Virus record (IMG/VR): IMGVR_UViG_3300009603_000006 | Direction: 5' to 3' (one strand) | DNA from: a virus | Length of the DNA: 39,722 bases | Made by a program: the position numbers and the translations under genes | Notes under the pieces: generated by a model | The model's input: only the letters and a program-made list of their open reading frames with translations | Database searches by the model: none | Told to the model about the DNA's origin: nothing | Part shown: piece by piece, positions 20,766 through 30,591 of the stretch | Layout: each line of letters begins with the position of its first letter | How positions within the stretch are numbered: the stretch's first letter is position 1

Positions 20766-20966
20766 ATGCGCAACTTCCTTTTGGACATCCTTGGGCTGCT
20801 CGGCTTCGGGCTGCTGATCTATGGCCTGTATCTGCGGTTTGGGCTGGCTGACGCCCTGATCTGTGCTGGCGGCTTGCTGCTTTTGATGGCCCTGGTTGGC
20901 GCCCGGGCCGCAAAGCGCACGCTGCCGCGCCTGAACCAACGCCCCCGCCATAAGGAGAACACATGA
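20766..20966 (+). CDS. Small 2-TM membrane protein between terminase and portal
   Basis: LLDILGLLGFGLLIYGLYL and LICAGGLLLLMALVGA are hydrophobic helices. The gene is coupled on both sides (TGAATG, ATGA). Confidence 0.6.
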   Translation: MRNFLLDILGLLGFGLLIYGLYLRFGLADALICAGGLLLLMALVGARAAKRTLPRLNQRPRHKENT

Positions 20967-22207
20967 TTCTCGACAGTTTGTTCTCATCGGCGGAAGCCCG
21001 CTCCTCGATCGAAGACCCCAACACCCCGCTCACCGGCCAAAACCTTGCCGATTACATCGACGGTGACAACAGCATCGCCGTAAATAACCAATCCGCCATG
21101 ACGCTTTCGGCGGTCTACTCCAGCATTTACGTGCTGTCGTCCTCCATTGGCCAGCTTCCCCTGCACGTTGTGCGCCGCCAGGGTGACAAGATTGAGGCCG
21201 CCAAGGATCACCCCGCTTATTGGCTGCTGCACGACGAGCCCAACACCTGGCAAACCAGTTACAAGTGGCGCGAAACCAAGCAGTCCCACGTTCTGGGCTG
21301 GGGCAACGGGTTCACCCAGGTGGTGCGCAATGCCCGCGGAGAGCTACAGGAGCTGGTAACCCGGCGCCCTTGGGAAACGCAGCTGGTCAAGAACGGTAAC
21401 CGCTGGCTCTTCGCCGTAAACGAAGAAGACGAAGGCAGCCGAGCTGTGGCGCTGGAAGACATGATCCACGTTCGCGCCCTGGGCTCGGACGGGCGCACCG
21501 GGAAGAGCCTGATTCGCCAGCATGCCGAGACCATCGGCCTTGGGCTGGCCGCCCAGCGGTACGGAAAGGACTTCTTCACTGGCGGCGGGCGTCCCACTGG
21601 CTTGGTCAGCCTGAAAACGCCTCTGCAAAAAGATGGCTGGGAGCGCCTGAAGGAAACCTGGAACAGTGCAGTGGGGCGATTGAAAGCCAGCGAAAACAAA
21701 ACTCTGATGCTCCCGGCGGATCTCGATTACAAGTCGATCACCATCCCCCCGGAAGATGCCCAGTTCTTGGAGACCAGAAAGCTGAACCGCTCCGAAGTGG
21801 CCGGCATCTTCAACGTCCCGGCTCACATGATCAACGATCTGGACAAGGCCACCTTCTCCAATATCAGCGAGCAAGCCATCCAGTTCGTGCGCCACACCAT
21901 GATGCCGTGGATCGTGAACTGGGAGCAGGAAATTAACCGGCGGGTTTTCACCAGAGCAGAGCGGGCTGCAGGCTATTACGCCAAGTTCAACCTCGCTGGC
22001 CTGCTGCGCGGCACCGCCAAGGAGCGCGCCGAGTTCTACAACTACGCCATCACTGACGGCTGGATGGACCGCAACGAAGTCCGCGCGCTGGAAGACATGA
22101 ATCCGAGGGACGGCCTCGACCAGATGCTGGTCAGCGTCAACGCCCAGCCCCTGAGCAACCTGAACAAACCCGACACCCCCAACGATGACGAGGAACCCAC
22201 CTCATGA
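20963..22207 (+). CDS. Portal protein (HK97 family-like)
   Basis: 414 aa, between terminase and protease. The sequence resembles the remembered HK97-type portal pattern (...LGWGNGF..., ...FNVPAHMIN...). Confidence 0.85.
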   Translation: MILDSLFSSAEARSSIEDPNTPLTGQNLADYIDGDNSIAVNNQSAMTLSAVYSSIYVLSSSIGQLPLHVVRRQGDKIEAAKDHPAYWLLHDEPNTWQTSYKWRETKQSHVLGWGNGFTQVVRNARGELQELVTRRPWETQLVKNGNRWLFAVNEEDEGSRAVALEDMIHVRALGSDGRTGKSLIRQHAETIGLGLAAQRYGKDFFTGGGRPTGLVSLKTPLQKDGWERLKETWNSAVGRLKASENKTLMLPADLDYKSITIPPEDAQFLETRKLNRSEVAGIFNVPAHMINDLDKATFSNISEQAIQFVRHTMMPWIVNWEQEINRRVFTRAERAAGYYAKFNLAGLLRGTAKERAEFYNYAITDGWMDRNEVRALEDMNPRDGLDQMLVSVNAQPLSNLNKPDTPNDDEEPTS

Positions 22208-22806
22208 GCGAAGTCGAGAAGCGCGCCCTTCTATGTGAGGTGCGCGCCGAAGAAACCGAGGAAGGACAGCCCGCCCGCATCGTCGGGCACGGTGCAGTCT
22301 TCAACAAACGCAGCGACATGATCCTGGGCATGTTCAAAGAAGAGATTGCCCCCGGCGCCTTCGATGACGTGCTCGGTGACGATGTGCGCGCCCTGTTCAA
22401 CCATGATCGCAACTTCGTGCTGGGCCGCACGTTGAGCGGCACGCTCGAGCTATCGGTGGACACCGAAGGCCTGCGCTACGACATCACCCCGCCAGACACC
22501 CAAACTGTCCGCGACCTTGTGCTGACTCCCCTGGCTCGTGGTGACATCACCGGTTCCAGCTTTTCCTTCCGCGTTGCCCCCGACGGCGACGAGTGGCGCG
22601 AAGAAGATGACGGCCTGATCGTGCGGACCATCCACCGATTCAGCCGTTTACTTGACGTTTCGCCGGTTACCTACCCGGCATACCCAGATGCGGGCGCTGC
22701 CAAGCGCTCCTTAGAGGCCCGCTGTTCCGAGATCCAAGGTCTTGCCCAGCGAGCCATTAACGAGCGCCGCGCCCGCGCGCGCTTTCTTGAAATGATCCAT
22801 GCCTGA
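22204..22806 (+). CDS. Prohead maturation protease (HK97/S78 family-like)
   Basis: GHGAVFNKRSDMI...FKEEIAPGAFDDVL...VRALFNHDRNFVLGRT...LELSVDTEGL is the typical HK97 protease pattern. Confidence 0.85.
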   Translation: MSEVEKRALLCEVRAEETEEGQPARIVGHGAVFNKRSDMILGMFKEEIAPGAFDDVLGDDVRALFNHDRNFVLGRTLSGTLELSVDTEGLRYDITPPDTQTVRDLVLTPLARGDITGSSFSFRVAPDGDEWREEDDGLIVRTIHRFSRLLDVSPVTYPAYPDAGAAKRSLEARCSEIQGLAQRAINERRARARFLEMIHA

Positions 22807-22835
22807 AACCAATCACCGCCCCGGAGGGCTGAATT

Positions 22836-24062
22836 ATGAAATTGCATGAATTGAAGCAAGCTTACAACGAAGTCGCCCGGAACATGCGGTCGCTTCACGA
22901 CACCATCGGTGACACCGCCTGGACTGACGAGCAGCGCAGCCAATGGTCTGACATGAAGACGAAGCTGGACGGCCTCGATGAGCAGATCAAGCGCGAAGAA
23001 GCCCTTCGAGACGCTGACCAGCGCTTTGTTGAAGAGCACGAAGAAGAGCACCGAAACACCCAGGAAGGCGAAGAGCGTGGCGGTCAGGGTGTTGACGAGC
23101 AGCGCGCCGCAGCCTTTGACGCATTCCTGCGTCAGGGTATGAGCGAAATGTCTGCCGAGCAGCGCCAAGTGCTGCGCGAGATGCGCGCCCAGGGCACAAG
23201 CTCTGACGAAAAGGGTGGCTACACCGTGCCCACCCAGATGCTGAACCTGGTATACGAGTCCATGCAGGACTATGGCGGACTGGCATCCGTTGCCCAGATC
23301 CTGACCACGGAAACCGGCCAGAGCATCGAATGGCCGACATCCAACGGCACCGCCGAGGAAGGCGAGCTGCTGGGCGAGAACAGCGCGGCCACTGAAGGTG
23401 ACGTGAACTTCGGGATGGAAACGCTGGGCGCGAAAAAACTGTCCTCCAAAATCATCCGGGTATCCAACGAACTGCTGCAAGACAGTGGCATCAACGTGCA
23501 GGCATTCCTGGCTGGCCGCATCGGTTCGCGCATTGGCCGTGGCGAGGCGAAGTACCTGGTGCAAGGCACCGGCACTGGAACCCCCGAACAGCCGACTGGC
23601 CTGCAGACCGCCGTGACTGGCGTAACCAACGCAGCCGCCAACAACGAGTTCACCTGGCAGGAAGTGAACTCCCTGATCCACTCCATCGACCCGGCATACC
23701 GCCGCGCCGCTGGCTTCCGGATCGGCTTCAACGACAACACCCTGAAGCTGATGACTGAGATGGAAGACCTGCAGGGCCGTCCGCTGTGGCTGCCAGCTGT
23801 GGCTGGTGCTACCCCGGCCACCATCCTTGGCCGCCAGTACTTCGTGGATCAGGGCATTGCCGACATCGCCGACAACGCCAAGTTCATGTACGCCGGTGAC
23901 TTCCAGCAATTCATCATCCGCCGCGTGCGCTACATGGTGCTGAAGCGTCTGGTTGAGCGTTATGCCGAGTTCGACCAAACCGGCTTCCTGGCATTCCACC
24001 GCTTTGACTGCGTGCTGCAAGACACCGCTGCCATCAAAGCGCTGGCTGGCCCGGTCGTTTAA
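22836..24062 (+). CDS. Major capsid protein (HK97 fold) with N-terminal delta/scaffold-like coiled coil
   Basis: 408 aa. The N-terminal ~110 aa form a charged coiled coil, followed by ...KGGYTVPTQM.... The gene follows the protease. Confidence 0.88.
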   Translation: MKLHELKQAYNEVARNMRSLHDTIGDTAWTDEQRSQWSDMKTKLDGLDEQIKREEALRDADQRFVEEHEEEHRNTQEGEERGGQGVDEQRAAAFDAFLRQGMSEMSAEQRQVLREMRAQGTSSDEKGGYTVPTQMLNLVYESMQDYGGLASVAQILTTETGQSIEWPTSNGTAEEGELLGENSAATEGDVNFGMETLGAKKLSSKIIRVSNELLQDSGINVQAFLAGRIGSRIGRGEAKYLVQGTGTGTPEQPTGLQTAVTGVTNAAANNEFTWQEVNSLIHSIDPAYRRAAGFRIGFNDNTLKLMTEMEDLQGRPLWLPAVAGATPATILGRQYFVDQGIADIADNAKFMYAGDFQQFIIRRVRYMVLKRLVERYAEFDQTGFLAFHRFDCVLQDTAAIKALAGPVV

Positions 24063-24115
24063 TCGGCTGGCGGATCTGAACCGGCTGGCCCTGCACCCGC
24101 CGGGCCGGCCATCAC

Positions 24116-24475
24116 TTGAGACAGACCATGCTCGAACTGGACATCATCAAACTGCACCTGCGGGTGGAACTGGATGACGCCGAAGAGGATGCGCTTCTGG
24201 AAACCTACGCCACCGCTGCACAGCGGTACGTAGAGAACCAGATCGGCAGAAACCTCTATGCCACGGCAGGCGAGATTCCGAAGGACTCTGTAACCGGAGA
24301 GCCAACAGATGACCACGCTCTGGTGCTTGATGACGACATCACAGCAGCGATGTTGTTGCTGATCGGGCACTGGTACGTGAACCGGGAGAGCGTCGTGGTT
24401 GGATCAATAACGGCCGAGGTGCCGATGGCCGTCGACGCTCTGATCTGCCCTTACCGTCATTTTTACTTTGATTAA
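24116..24475 (+). CDS. Head-tail connector protein (gp6-like)
   Basis: LDIIKLHLRVELDDAEEDALLETYATAAQRYVENQIGRNL is the typical N-terminus of gp6-like connector/DNA-packaging proteins. Confidence 0.7.
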   Translation: MRQTMLELDIIKLHLRVELDDAEEDALLETYATAAQRYVENQIGRNLYATAGEIPKDSVTGEPTDDHALVLDDDITAAMLLLIGHWYVNRESVVVGSITAEVPMAVDALICPYRHFYFD

Positions 24476-24486
24476 AGGAAACGACC

Positions 24487-24738
24487 ATGACCCGCAAAAA
24501 CCAGAAAGCTGAACCGGCTCCGGTAGAAGAGGAAGCCAAGGCAGAGCAACCTGAGCAGCCAAAGGAAAAGGCTCCCGCCCCGACTGGGAAAGCCGGCGCA
24601 AAAACCTCCGCCGGTTATGTTGAGGCAACCCTGAAGGCTCGCCATTGCAGCGGCGGAATCTGCAAAGACAAAGGCGAGAAGCTTCGCATGACGCGGGGCG
24701 AGTACGAGCGCCTGAAGAAGTTCGACCGGGTAGAGTGA
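24487..24738 (+). CDS. Hypothetical head-module protein (Lys/Glu/Pro/Ala-rich N-terminus)
   Basis: 83-aa ORF in operon register. Confidence 0.5.
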   Translation: MTRKNQKAEPAPVEEEAKAEQPEQPKEKAPAPTGKAGAKTSAGYVEATLKARHCSGGICKDKGEKLRMTRGEYERLKKFDRVE

Positions 24739-24739
24739 C

Positions 24740-25261
24740 ATGAGAAGCGGCCACTTGAGAACGCGCCTGAGCATTCTGGAGGGCGGCTCGGAAATCGGCA
24801 AAGTATGGGCCGACGTTCGCCCCCCTACTGAATCAGGTGAAGCCAAGGGGCTCCGCGAATCAGGATCAACCAAGGTCATCATTCGACCCCGGCCAGATAT
24901 CCGCCCCGGCCAGATTCTGACCGGGAAGGGGTATGTCTTGGTAGTAGAGGCTGCAGGCGATCACCTTGCCCGTGGTCGTGATCTGCACATTACCTGCACT
25001 CGCTTGCTCGGTACCCAGGGCACCTACACCCGGCACGACGCCACACAAATTAATGTGCTGGCCCACGTTGCGGTGAACACCCCATACATCGGCCTGAATG
25101 GCCAGCTGATGGACTTCCGGTATCGGGTAGAAGTGCCCAGTTACCAGGCTCCGGAAAGCTGGCAGCCCGGTGACAAAATCACCGTGGCCGGGCAGGAGTA
25201 TGTGCTGACCGGGCTGGCGGAAGATTCCGGCCACGGACAAGTTACGGCGTACACGGCATGA
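24740..25261 (+). CDS. Head closure / head-tail adaptor-like protein
   Basis: The call rests on position and the N-terminal MRSGHLRTRLSILEG pattern. At 173 aa it is longer than typical. Confidence 0.5.
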   Translation: MRSGHLRTRLSILEGGSEIGKVWADVRPPTESGEAKGLRESGSTKVIIRPRPDIRPGQILTGKGYVLVVEAAGDHLARGRDLHITCTRLLGTQGTYTRHDATQINVLAHVAVNTPYIGLNGQLMDFRYRVEVPSYQAPESWQPGDKITVAGQEYVLTGLAEDSGHGQVTAYTA

Positions 25262-25815
25262 GTTACACCCTGCAAACCCAAGGCGCTGACCGGCTGGCGG
25301 CACTGCTCGGAGCCCTGCCAGATGAAACCGAGCGCGCCCAGCGTAACGCCCTGAACGCAGCCGCCACCGAGATCAAGCGCAGCTTTGTGGATGAAATCAG
25401 CGGCGGCACTGGCCTGAAGAAAAAACTGGTTCGCCAGGGAATCCGCGTGAGTCGCGCCAAGCGTGCCACCAGTGAGGCCCGCATTATCCCGGACAGCCAG
25501 GGCTTGCCTATTACCGAATACACCTGGCGGCCAGAGCCAGCCGGCCACCCTACCCGCGCCCGGGTCCTGATCCGATGGTTTGGCGGCTGGAAGGTGGCAG
25601 CAGGCTTTATCAACCCCGAATCAGACCGACCGGTTCCACTGAAAACCATCACCAGCCGCGGCCGGTCCCGTAGGCCCATGCTGGCCCACGGTGTGAGCAT
25701 TGCGGCCGCGTTTAAGTACGTGAGGGATGACGAGCAGAAGATGGCCACCTACGCGGCCCGGCTGGCGGAAATCTTCGAAGAGAAACTCGAAGACCAAATC
25801 AACCAGAGAGCGTGA
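25258..25815 (+). CDS. Tail completion protein, lambda gpZ-like
   Basis: TGLKKKLVRQGIRVSRAKRATSEARIIPDSQGLPITEY parallels lambda Z TKVRRKLVKERARLKRATVKNPQARIKVNRGDLPVIKL. Confidence 0.6.
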   Translation: MSYTLQTQGADRLAALLGALPDETERAQRNALNAAATEIKRSFVDEISGGTGLKKKLVRQGIRVSRAKRATSEARIIPDSQGLPITEYTWRPEPAGHPTRARVLIRWFGGWKVAAGFINPESDRPVPLKTITSRGRSRRPMLAHGVSIAAAFKYVRDDEQKMATYAARLAEIFEEKLEDQINQRA

Positions 25816-26279
25816 CCATGACAGACCCCAAATCCCTGAGAGTGGTGAAGGCCGTTCAAGGGGCGCTCGAGCAAATCCAGAAGCCCGACTACAACACCGA
25901 CGCAGGCACCCGAATCACCCGCGGCAGGCGCCGGATCAGTACCGGCGAAACGTTCCCCCTGATCATCATCCATGAGGGCGAAGAGGAAGTGGTTCGGCGT
26001 GTTGGTGTAGAACAGGCACAGAACCGGCTCAACATCACCATCGAGGGCTGGATACAGGCCGACCCACTTAACCCGCTTGATGACGCCCACCTGCTGTTGG
26101 CAGACATCAAGAAATCCATGTTTCCGGCCCTGGAAAGCCGAAATAATCCGGGGCTGATCGTTCAGGTGCAATACCTGGGAAGAGTAATCGACCCACCAGA
26201 AGACGGCTCCCGCTCCTGTTCTGTCTCTGTCCTGCTCGCCATTGACTGGACAGAACATCTCACCGACCCCACGAAATAA
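25812..26279 (+). CDS. Tail terminator-like protein (gpU position)
   Basis: Called by position only, between the Z-like and major tail genes. 155 aa. Confidence 0.4.
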   Translation: MTMTDPKSLRVVKAVQGALEQIQKPDYNTDAGTRITRGRRRISTGETFPLIIIHEGEEEVVRRVGVEQAQNRLNITIEGWIQADPLNPLDDAHLLLADIKKSMFPALESRNNPGLIVQVQYLGRVIDPPEDGSRSCSVSVLLAIDWTEHLTDPTK

Positions 26280-26291
26280 GAGGATCGACCC

Positions 26292-27032
26292 ATGGCTGAG
26301 CAAATCAACGAGGCGTATATCGGCTCCGGTATCGTCTACATCAACGGCCGCGATGTCGGCAACTGCTCCAACGTAAACTTCGCGATCGAGCAGGAAACCC
26401 AATCCCAGCGAAACTACCGCGGTGGTGGCGGCAACTTTGCCTCTGTAACCACCGTCAGCGCCGTGAACCTGTCCATGGAGCTGGCTAACTTCAGCAACGC
26501 TAACCTGGCACTGGCTCTGCGCGGTGTTGTGGAAAGCGTAGCGGCAGGCTCCGTGGCCGATGAGGTGGTTGTGGCGGTTGCTGGCGGTCTGGCTGAAACC
26601 TCGAAGATGATCGACGTTTCCGCTGCCGCCAACACCGTGACCGTCACCGACGGCGCGGAAGTTGACCCTGTTACCTACGTGCAGGGCACGGACTACGAAG
26701 TGACCGCTGCCGGCCTGAAAATCCTGTCTGGTGGAGCTATCACCGACGAGCAGGAGCTCACAGTAAGCTACGACAACCAAGGCACCAACGTGCTGCAGGC
26801 GCTGGTCGACTCCGGTCAGGAAGTGCGCGTGGTCCTCGACGGCATCAACGATGCCACCGGTAAGCCTGTCACCGTGAAGGTGCACCGCTGGAAGCCTTCA
26901 CCAACCTCCGGCCTGGGCCTGATCTCTGACGGCTTCTCCACCTTCACCATCGAGGGCGAAGTGCTGGCGGATGAGTCCATCCAAGCCTCTGGCAAGTCCA
27001 AGTTCTTCACCCGCGCAGCCGCTGCGGCGTAA
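26292..27032 (+). CDS. Major tail (tube) protein
   Basis: It lies immediately upstream of the tape measure. It is 246 aa, Gly/Val/Ala-rich and beta-type, and is followed by a strong hairpin. Confidence 0.6.
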   Translation: MAEQINEAYIGSGIVYINGRDVGNCSNVNFAIEQETQSQRNYRGGGGNFASVTTVSAVNLSMELANFSNANLALALRGVVESVAAGSVADEVVVAVAGGLAETSKMIDVSAAANTVTVTDGAEVDPVTYVQGTDYEVTAAGLKILSGGAITDEQELTVSYDNQGTNVLQALVDSGQEVRVVLDGINDATGKPVTVKVHRWKPSPTSGLGLISDGFSTFTIEGEVLADESIQASGKSKFFTRAAAAA

Positions 27033-27046
27033 GAGCCTGACCAACC

Positions 27047-27068
27047 GGTGGGGCCAGCCGGCCCCGCC
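27047..27068 (+). promoter_or_regulatory. Strong 9-bp GC hairpin between the tube and tape-measure genes (attenuator/mRNA-stabiliser candidate)
   Basis: GGTGGGGCC-AGCC-GGCCCCGCC is followed by a C/T-rich tract that is not a clean U-run. Confidence 0.35.
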
Positions 27069-27103
27069 ACTCCCCCTCCCCTTGCTGTTCTGCAGAGACT
27101 GAC

Positions 27104-30100
27104 ATGGCGCTGAAAGACTCGATCATCAACCTTGTCCTGAAGGGCAAGGACTTAATGACCCCTGCCACAAAAACGGCAGCGGACAGCGTTGGCAAACTGC
27201 AGGAGCGCAGCGACGAACTTACGACTGCCCTTGAAAAGCTCACCAAAACCGAGCGCAACATTGAGCAGTTCAAAAAGCTTTCCGACCAAAGCGACCGCCT
27301 GAAAGAAAACTGGCAGGAAGCGGAATACGAGCTCCAGCAGCTGAAGGAAGCCTTCGAGGCCACTGAAAAGCCCACCAAGGCCATGGCCCGGGAGCTGGAA
27401 AAGGCAGAGAAATCTGCAGAAGGCGCCCACGTTGCCTGGCGCAGAAACCGGGACTCCCTAGACCGCCTGACGCCACAGCTGAAAGCCGCTGGCGTGAACA
27501 TGGACAACCTCGACCAGGCGCAGGATGACGTTCAGCAGTCAGCCATGCGGCTGCGCTCTGATCTAACCGGCGTAAACGTTCAGCTCGACCGCCAGGAACA
27601 GGCCGCCAAAGACGCTGCAGAAGAAACGGAAGACCTCGGCGAAAAAGCCGACAAATCCAGCGGCCTACTCAGCAAGCTCGGCTCCGGTCTCAAAACCGTA
27701 GCCGCCGGCGCCACGGCCCTTATTGCTGGCATTGGCGCATCCGCCGCCACTCTTACCGTGTTCTCCCGCGGCCAGGCCTCACTGGCCGACGAGCTCACCA
27801 ACACCGCCAACGCCATCGGCGTAAACCGTGAGGCCCTGCAGGTCTGGCAGATCGCCGGCGAACGGGTGGGGCTGACCGGAGATAAGGTCACCGACATACT
27901 GCGCAGCGTTACCGAGCGCTTGGGTGAGTTTGCGGCCACCGGTGGTGGCGAAGCTGCCCAGGTGATGGAGCGCCTGAATCTGCAGATTGAGGACTTCGAA
28001 GGGCTGGCGCCCGATGAGCAGATGCTCAAGTTTGCCCAGGCCATCGAAAGCCTGCCGAAAGCAGAACAGGTAGCCCTGCTGGAAAAGCTCGGCAGCGATG
28101 CCAGCCAGCTGCAGCCACTGCTGGAAAACAACGCCGCCGGCCTGCAGGCAATCAAAGCCGCCGCCGAGGAAGAAGGCGCCATCTATACCGATGAGGAACT
28201 GGACAAGCTTCTCAAAGCTAATGACATCTACAACGACATCACCCTGAAAATTCAGGGCCTGACCCGCCGGATCGGTGCGGAATTGGCTCCGGTGGTTGCC
28301 GATGCCACGGACAAGGTGATGGACCTGTTTGACCAGAACGAAATGGGCGAAAAGCTCATCGATCTGTTCAAGCGCCTCACGGACTGGGGCGCCGATATGG
28401 CGGCCAAGCTGGTGGAGAATGCGGACAGCATCTCCGCAGGCTTCGGCACACTTTGGGATACGCTCCAAGCTGGCGCCAGTGGCGTTATGGCTGCATTCCG
28501 AGGCCTGCAGACCATCGTTGCCGGATTCCTCACCATCACCAGTGCGGGATTTGCCAGCCTCATGAACACCGCCCAAGGCCTGGCGTTTGCGCTCAACAAA
28601 GTCGGCATTGTCAGCGATGAGGCCTATAACAACATCAAGGCCAAGGCCGAAGCTGCCCGGGCGACTACTGTTGATCTCGCCCGTCAAACGGCAGAGTACG
28701 GCCGCAAGGCCATTGAGGCCGGCAAGGGTGTTGTTGGCGCATTTGATGACGCTGCCGAGTCCGGGAAGAAGCTGCAGGAAGAGACCGAAAAGGGAGTCGG
28801 CACGCTCACAACCCTGGCCCAGAATGTCAAAACGACGATGGATTCTGCTGGCGAGTCCACTGCTGAGGCCCGCCAAAGCGCCAAAGAGCTCGAAAAGGCC
28901 TATGAGGAGTTGGGTGTAACCTCCCAGGCCGAGCTGGAAGAAACGGCTGCAAAAGCAAAAGCTGCTTTTCTCGCCATTGAGCAAAATGGAGATGCAACGC
29001 AGCGAGAGATTTCCGAAGCCTTCAAAGCATACGCTCAGGCTGTAATCGCAACAGGCAATGAAGCTGAGATCCGGGCGCTGAAAACAGCTGCTGCTGTGCG
29101 AGGGTTGCACGACGAGCTGCAGCAGTTGCAGCAGGGTGGGGGTGATGTGCTTGGCGGCGTTTCAGAGGGTATTCGCGCGGGCGGCAATGAAGCCGATGCT
29201 GCCACTCCCAAGCTGCGAAACATGGCCAGCACCATAGGCGACAACAGCCAGGCGGCTGATGAGTTCCGGCAGAAATGGCAAGCCGCCTGGGGTGGAGCCT
29301 TTGGTAAAGCGATATCCAATGCCCGGGAAAAAGTCACTGCACTGTCAACAGCCGCGCGCAATCTGTTTGAAATGAAGATTGGCGGTAACGCCTTTGTTAA
29401 GGAAGCCGAGTCTGCTGCCGAGGCGTTGGAGCGTGCGCAAAAGCGCACAGATGAGCTGGACCGATCCCGCCGGCGATTAATGAGCAGCTCCATTGCAGCC
29501 TGGTTTGCAGACACCGCCTTGGCGGCTGCAGAAGTTGAAGAACAGTTCTGGGCCCAGGCTGTGGCCATGGAGAACCTGCAGGGTAAGATCGAATCCGGCA
29601 CCATGAGTCTTGATCAGCTCAATCGATTAAGCGGCACGGCTGCAAACCGGTTCAACCTGCTCGACAACACCCGGCTGAACAATCTCGAAAGCGCCATCGA
29701 TGCCGCAAAGCAGAAACTGCAATCCCTAACCGCCACAGCAGACAACACCCTCAGCAGCCTGCGCCAACGGCTGGCGGACATCCGTGGCGACACCGAAGAA
29801 GCCCAGCGCATCCAGTACGAAACCGAACGCCAGCGCCTGCAGGAACAGCTCAAGCTTGCCCAACAAGCCGGCGCCGATGAAGCCGCCGCCGATTACCAGC
29901 AATCGCTGGACACCCTCGAACAGATCTACCAGATCGAACAGCGCAACCGCCGGGAAGAACAGAACGCCCGTGAGCGTGAAGCGTCGGACAGAGCCCGTGA
30001 GCAGCAGCTGGCGGAGATTGAAAGGCAGCGCGCAGAGCGGGAACTGAACCAGCCCACCCAGCGCACAACCCAGAACCGCACCGAAACCGTTAAAACCATC

Positions 30101-30196
30101 ACCGTTACCTTGGGCGGCCAGGATTTCCGCGTTCTGGCCAGCGACGAAGACGCCCTTCTGCGGGCCCTGGAAAACGCACGGAGTACCGCACTGTGA
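27104..30196 (+). CDS. Tail tape measure protein
   Basis: 1030 aa. It is highly alpha-helical/coiled-coil (Ala/Glu/Gln/Leu-rich) with a central hydrophobic stretch (LKTVAAGATALIAGIGASAATLTVF). The position is canonical. Confidence 0.88.
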   Translation: MALKDSIINLVLKGKDLMTPATKTAADSVGKLQERSDELTTALEKLTKTERNIEQFKKLSDQSDRLKENWQEAEYELQQLKEAFEATEKPTKAMARELEKAEKSAEGAHVAWRRNRDSLDRLTPQLKAAGVNMDNLDQAQDDVQQSAMRLRSDLTGVNVQLDRQEQAAKDAAEETEDLGEKADKSSGLLSKLGSGLKTVAAGATALIAGIGASAATLTVFSRGQASLADELTNTANAIGVNREALQVWQIAGERVGLTGDKVTDILRSVTERLGEFAATGGGEAAQVMERLNLQIEDFEGLAPDEQMLKFAQAIESLPKAEQVALLEKLGSDASQLQPLLENNAAGLQAIKAAAEEEGAIYTDEELDKLLKANDIYNDITLKIQGLTRRIGAELAPVVADATDKVMDLFDQNEMGEKLIDLFKRLTDWGADMAAKLVENADSISAGFGTLWDTLQAGASGVMAAFRGLQTIVAGFLTITSAGFASLMNTAQGLAFALNKVGIVSDEAYNNIKAKAEAARATTVDLARQTAEYGRKAIEAGKGVVGAFDDAAESGKKLQEETEKGVGTLTTLAQNVKTTMDSAGESTAEARQSAKELEKAYEELGVTSQAELEETAAKAKAAFLAIEQNGDATQREISEAFKAYAQAVIATGNEAEIRALKTAAAVRGLHDELQQLQQGGGDVLGGVSEGIRAGGNEADAATPKLRNMASTIGDNSQAADEFRQKWQAAWGGAFGKAISNAREKVTALSTAARNLFEMKIGGNAFVKEAESAAEALERAQKRTDELDRSRRRLMSSSIAAWFADTALAAAEVEEQFWAQAVAMENLQGKIESGTMSLDQLNRLSGTAANRFNLLDNTRLNNLESAIDAAKQKLQSLTATADNTLSSLRQRLADIRGDTEEAQRIQYETERQRLQEQLKLAQQAGADEAAADYQQSLDTLEQIYQIEQRNRREEQNAREREASDRAREQQLAEIERQRAERELNQPTQRTTQNRTETVKTITVTLGGQDFRVLASDEDALLRALENARSTAL

Positions 30197-30588
30197 TCAC
30201 TCTATCCGATGGCACCAAAACCGTAGAGCTGCCGGAAGATCTGAACTGGATAGACCGCACCTGGTCCCCGGTATCCCAAAGCTTCACCCGCAGCGTCACC
30301 GGCAAAGCCATTATTCAGGTGGCTGCGGCGCAGCTTGGCCAGCCCATCACCCTGCAAGCTCCGGACCGGGGCGGCTGGATGCTGGCAACGAAAGAGCCTC
30401 AGATTCTCGAGTGGCACAACGCGCCGGGCCAAAAGCTCACCCTCGATTTCCATGGCGAGACCCACACCGTTCAGTTCCGCCATCACGACGGCCAGGGCTA
30501 CGAGAGCACCCCGCTGCGCTTCCAGATCAACCCCGGCCCAGATCACCAGGTCATCCCTACATTCCGATTCATCACCGTGGAGCCGTAA
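30193..30588 (+). CDS. Minor tail protein (distal tail position)
   Basis: 131 aa, overlapping the tape-measure stop. Function is inferred from position only. Confidence 0.5.
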   Translation: MITLSDGTKTVELPEDLNWIDRTWSPVSQSFTRSVTGKAIIQVAAAQLGQPITLQAPDRGGWMLATKEPQILEWHNAPGQKLTLDFHGETHTVQFRHHDGQGYESTPLRFQINPGPDHQVIPTFRFITVEP

Positions 30589-30591
30589 TCC

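Noticed and set aside
24063-24115. GC-rich dyads after the capsid gene as a terminator
   Set aside because: Only a 5-bp GGCCC/GGGCC stem with a 10-nt loop is present, with no U-tract. This is indistinguishable from chance in 60% GC DNA.
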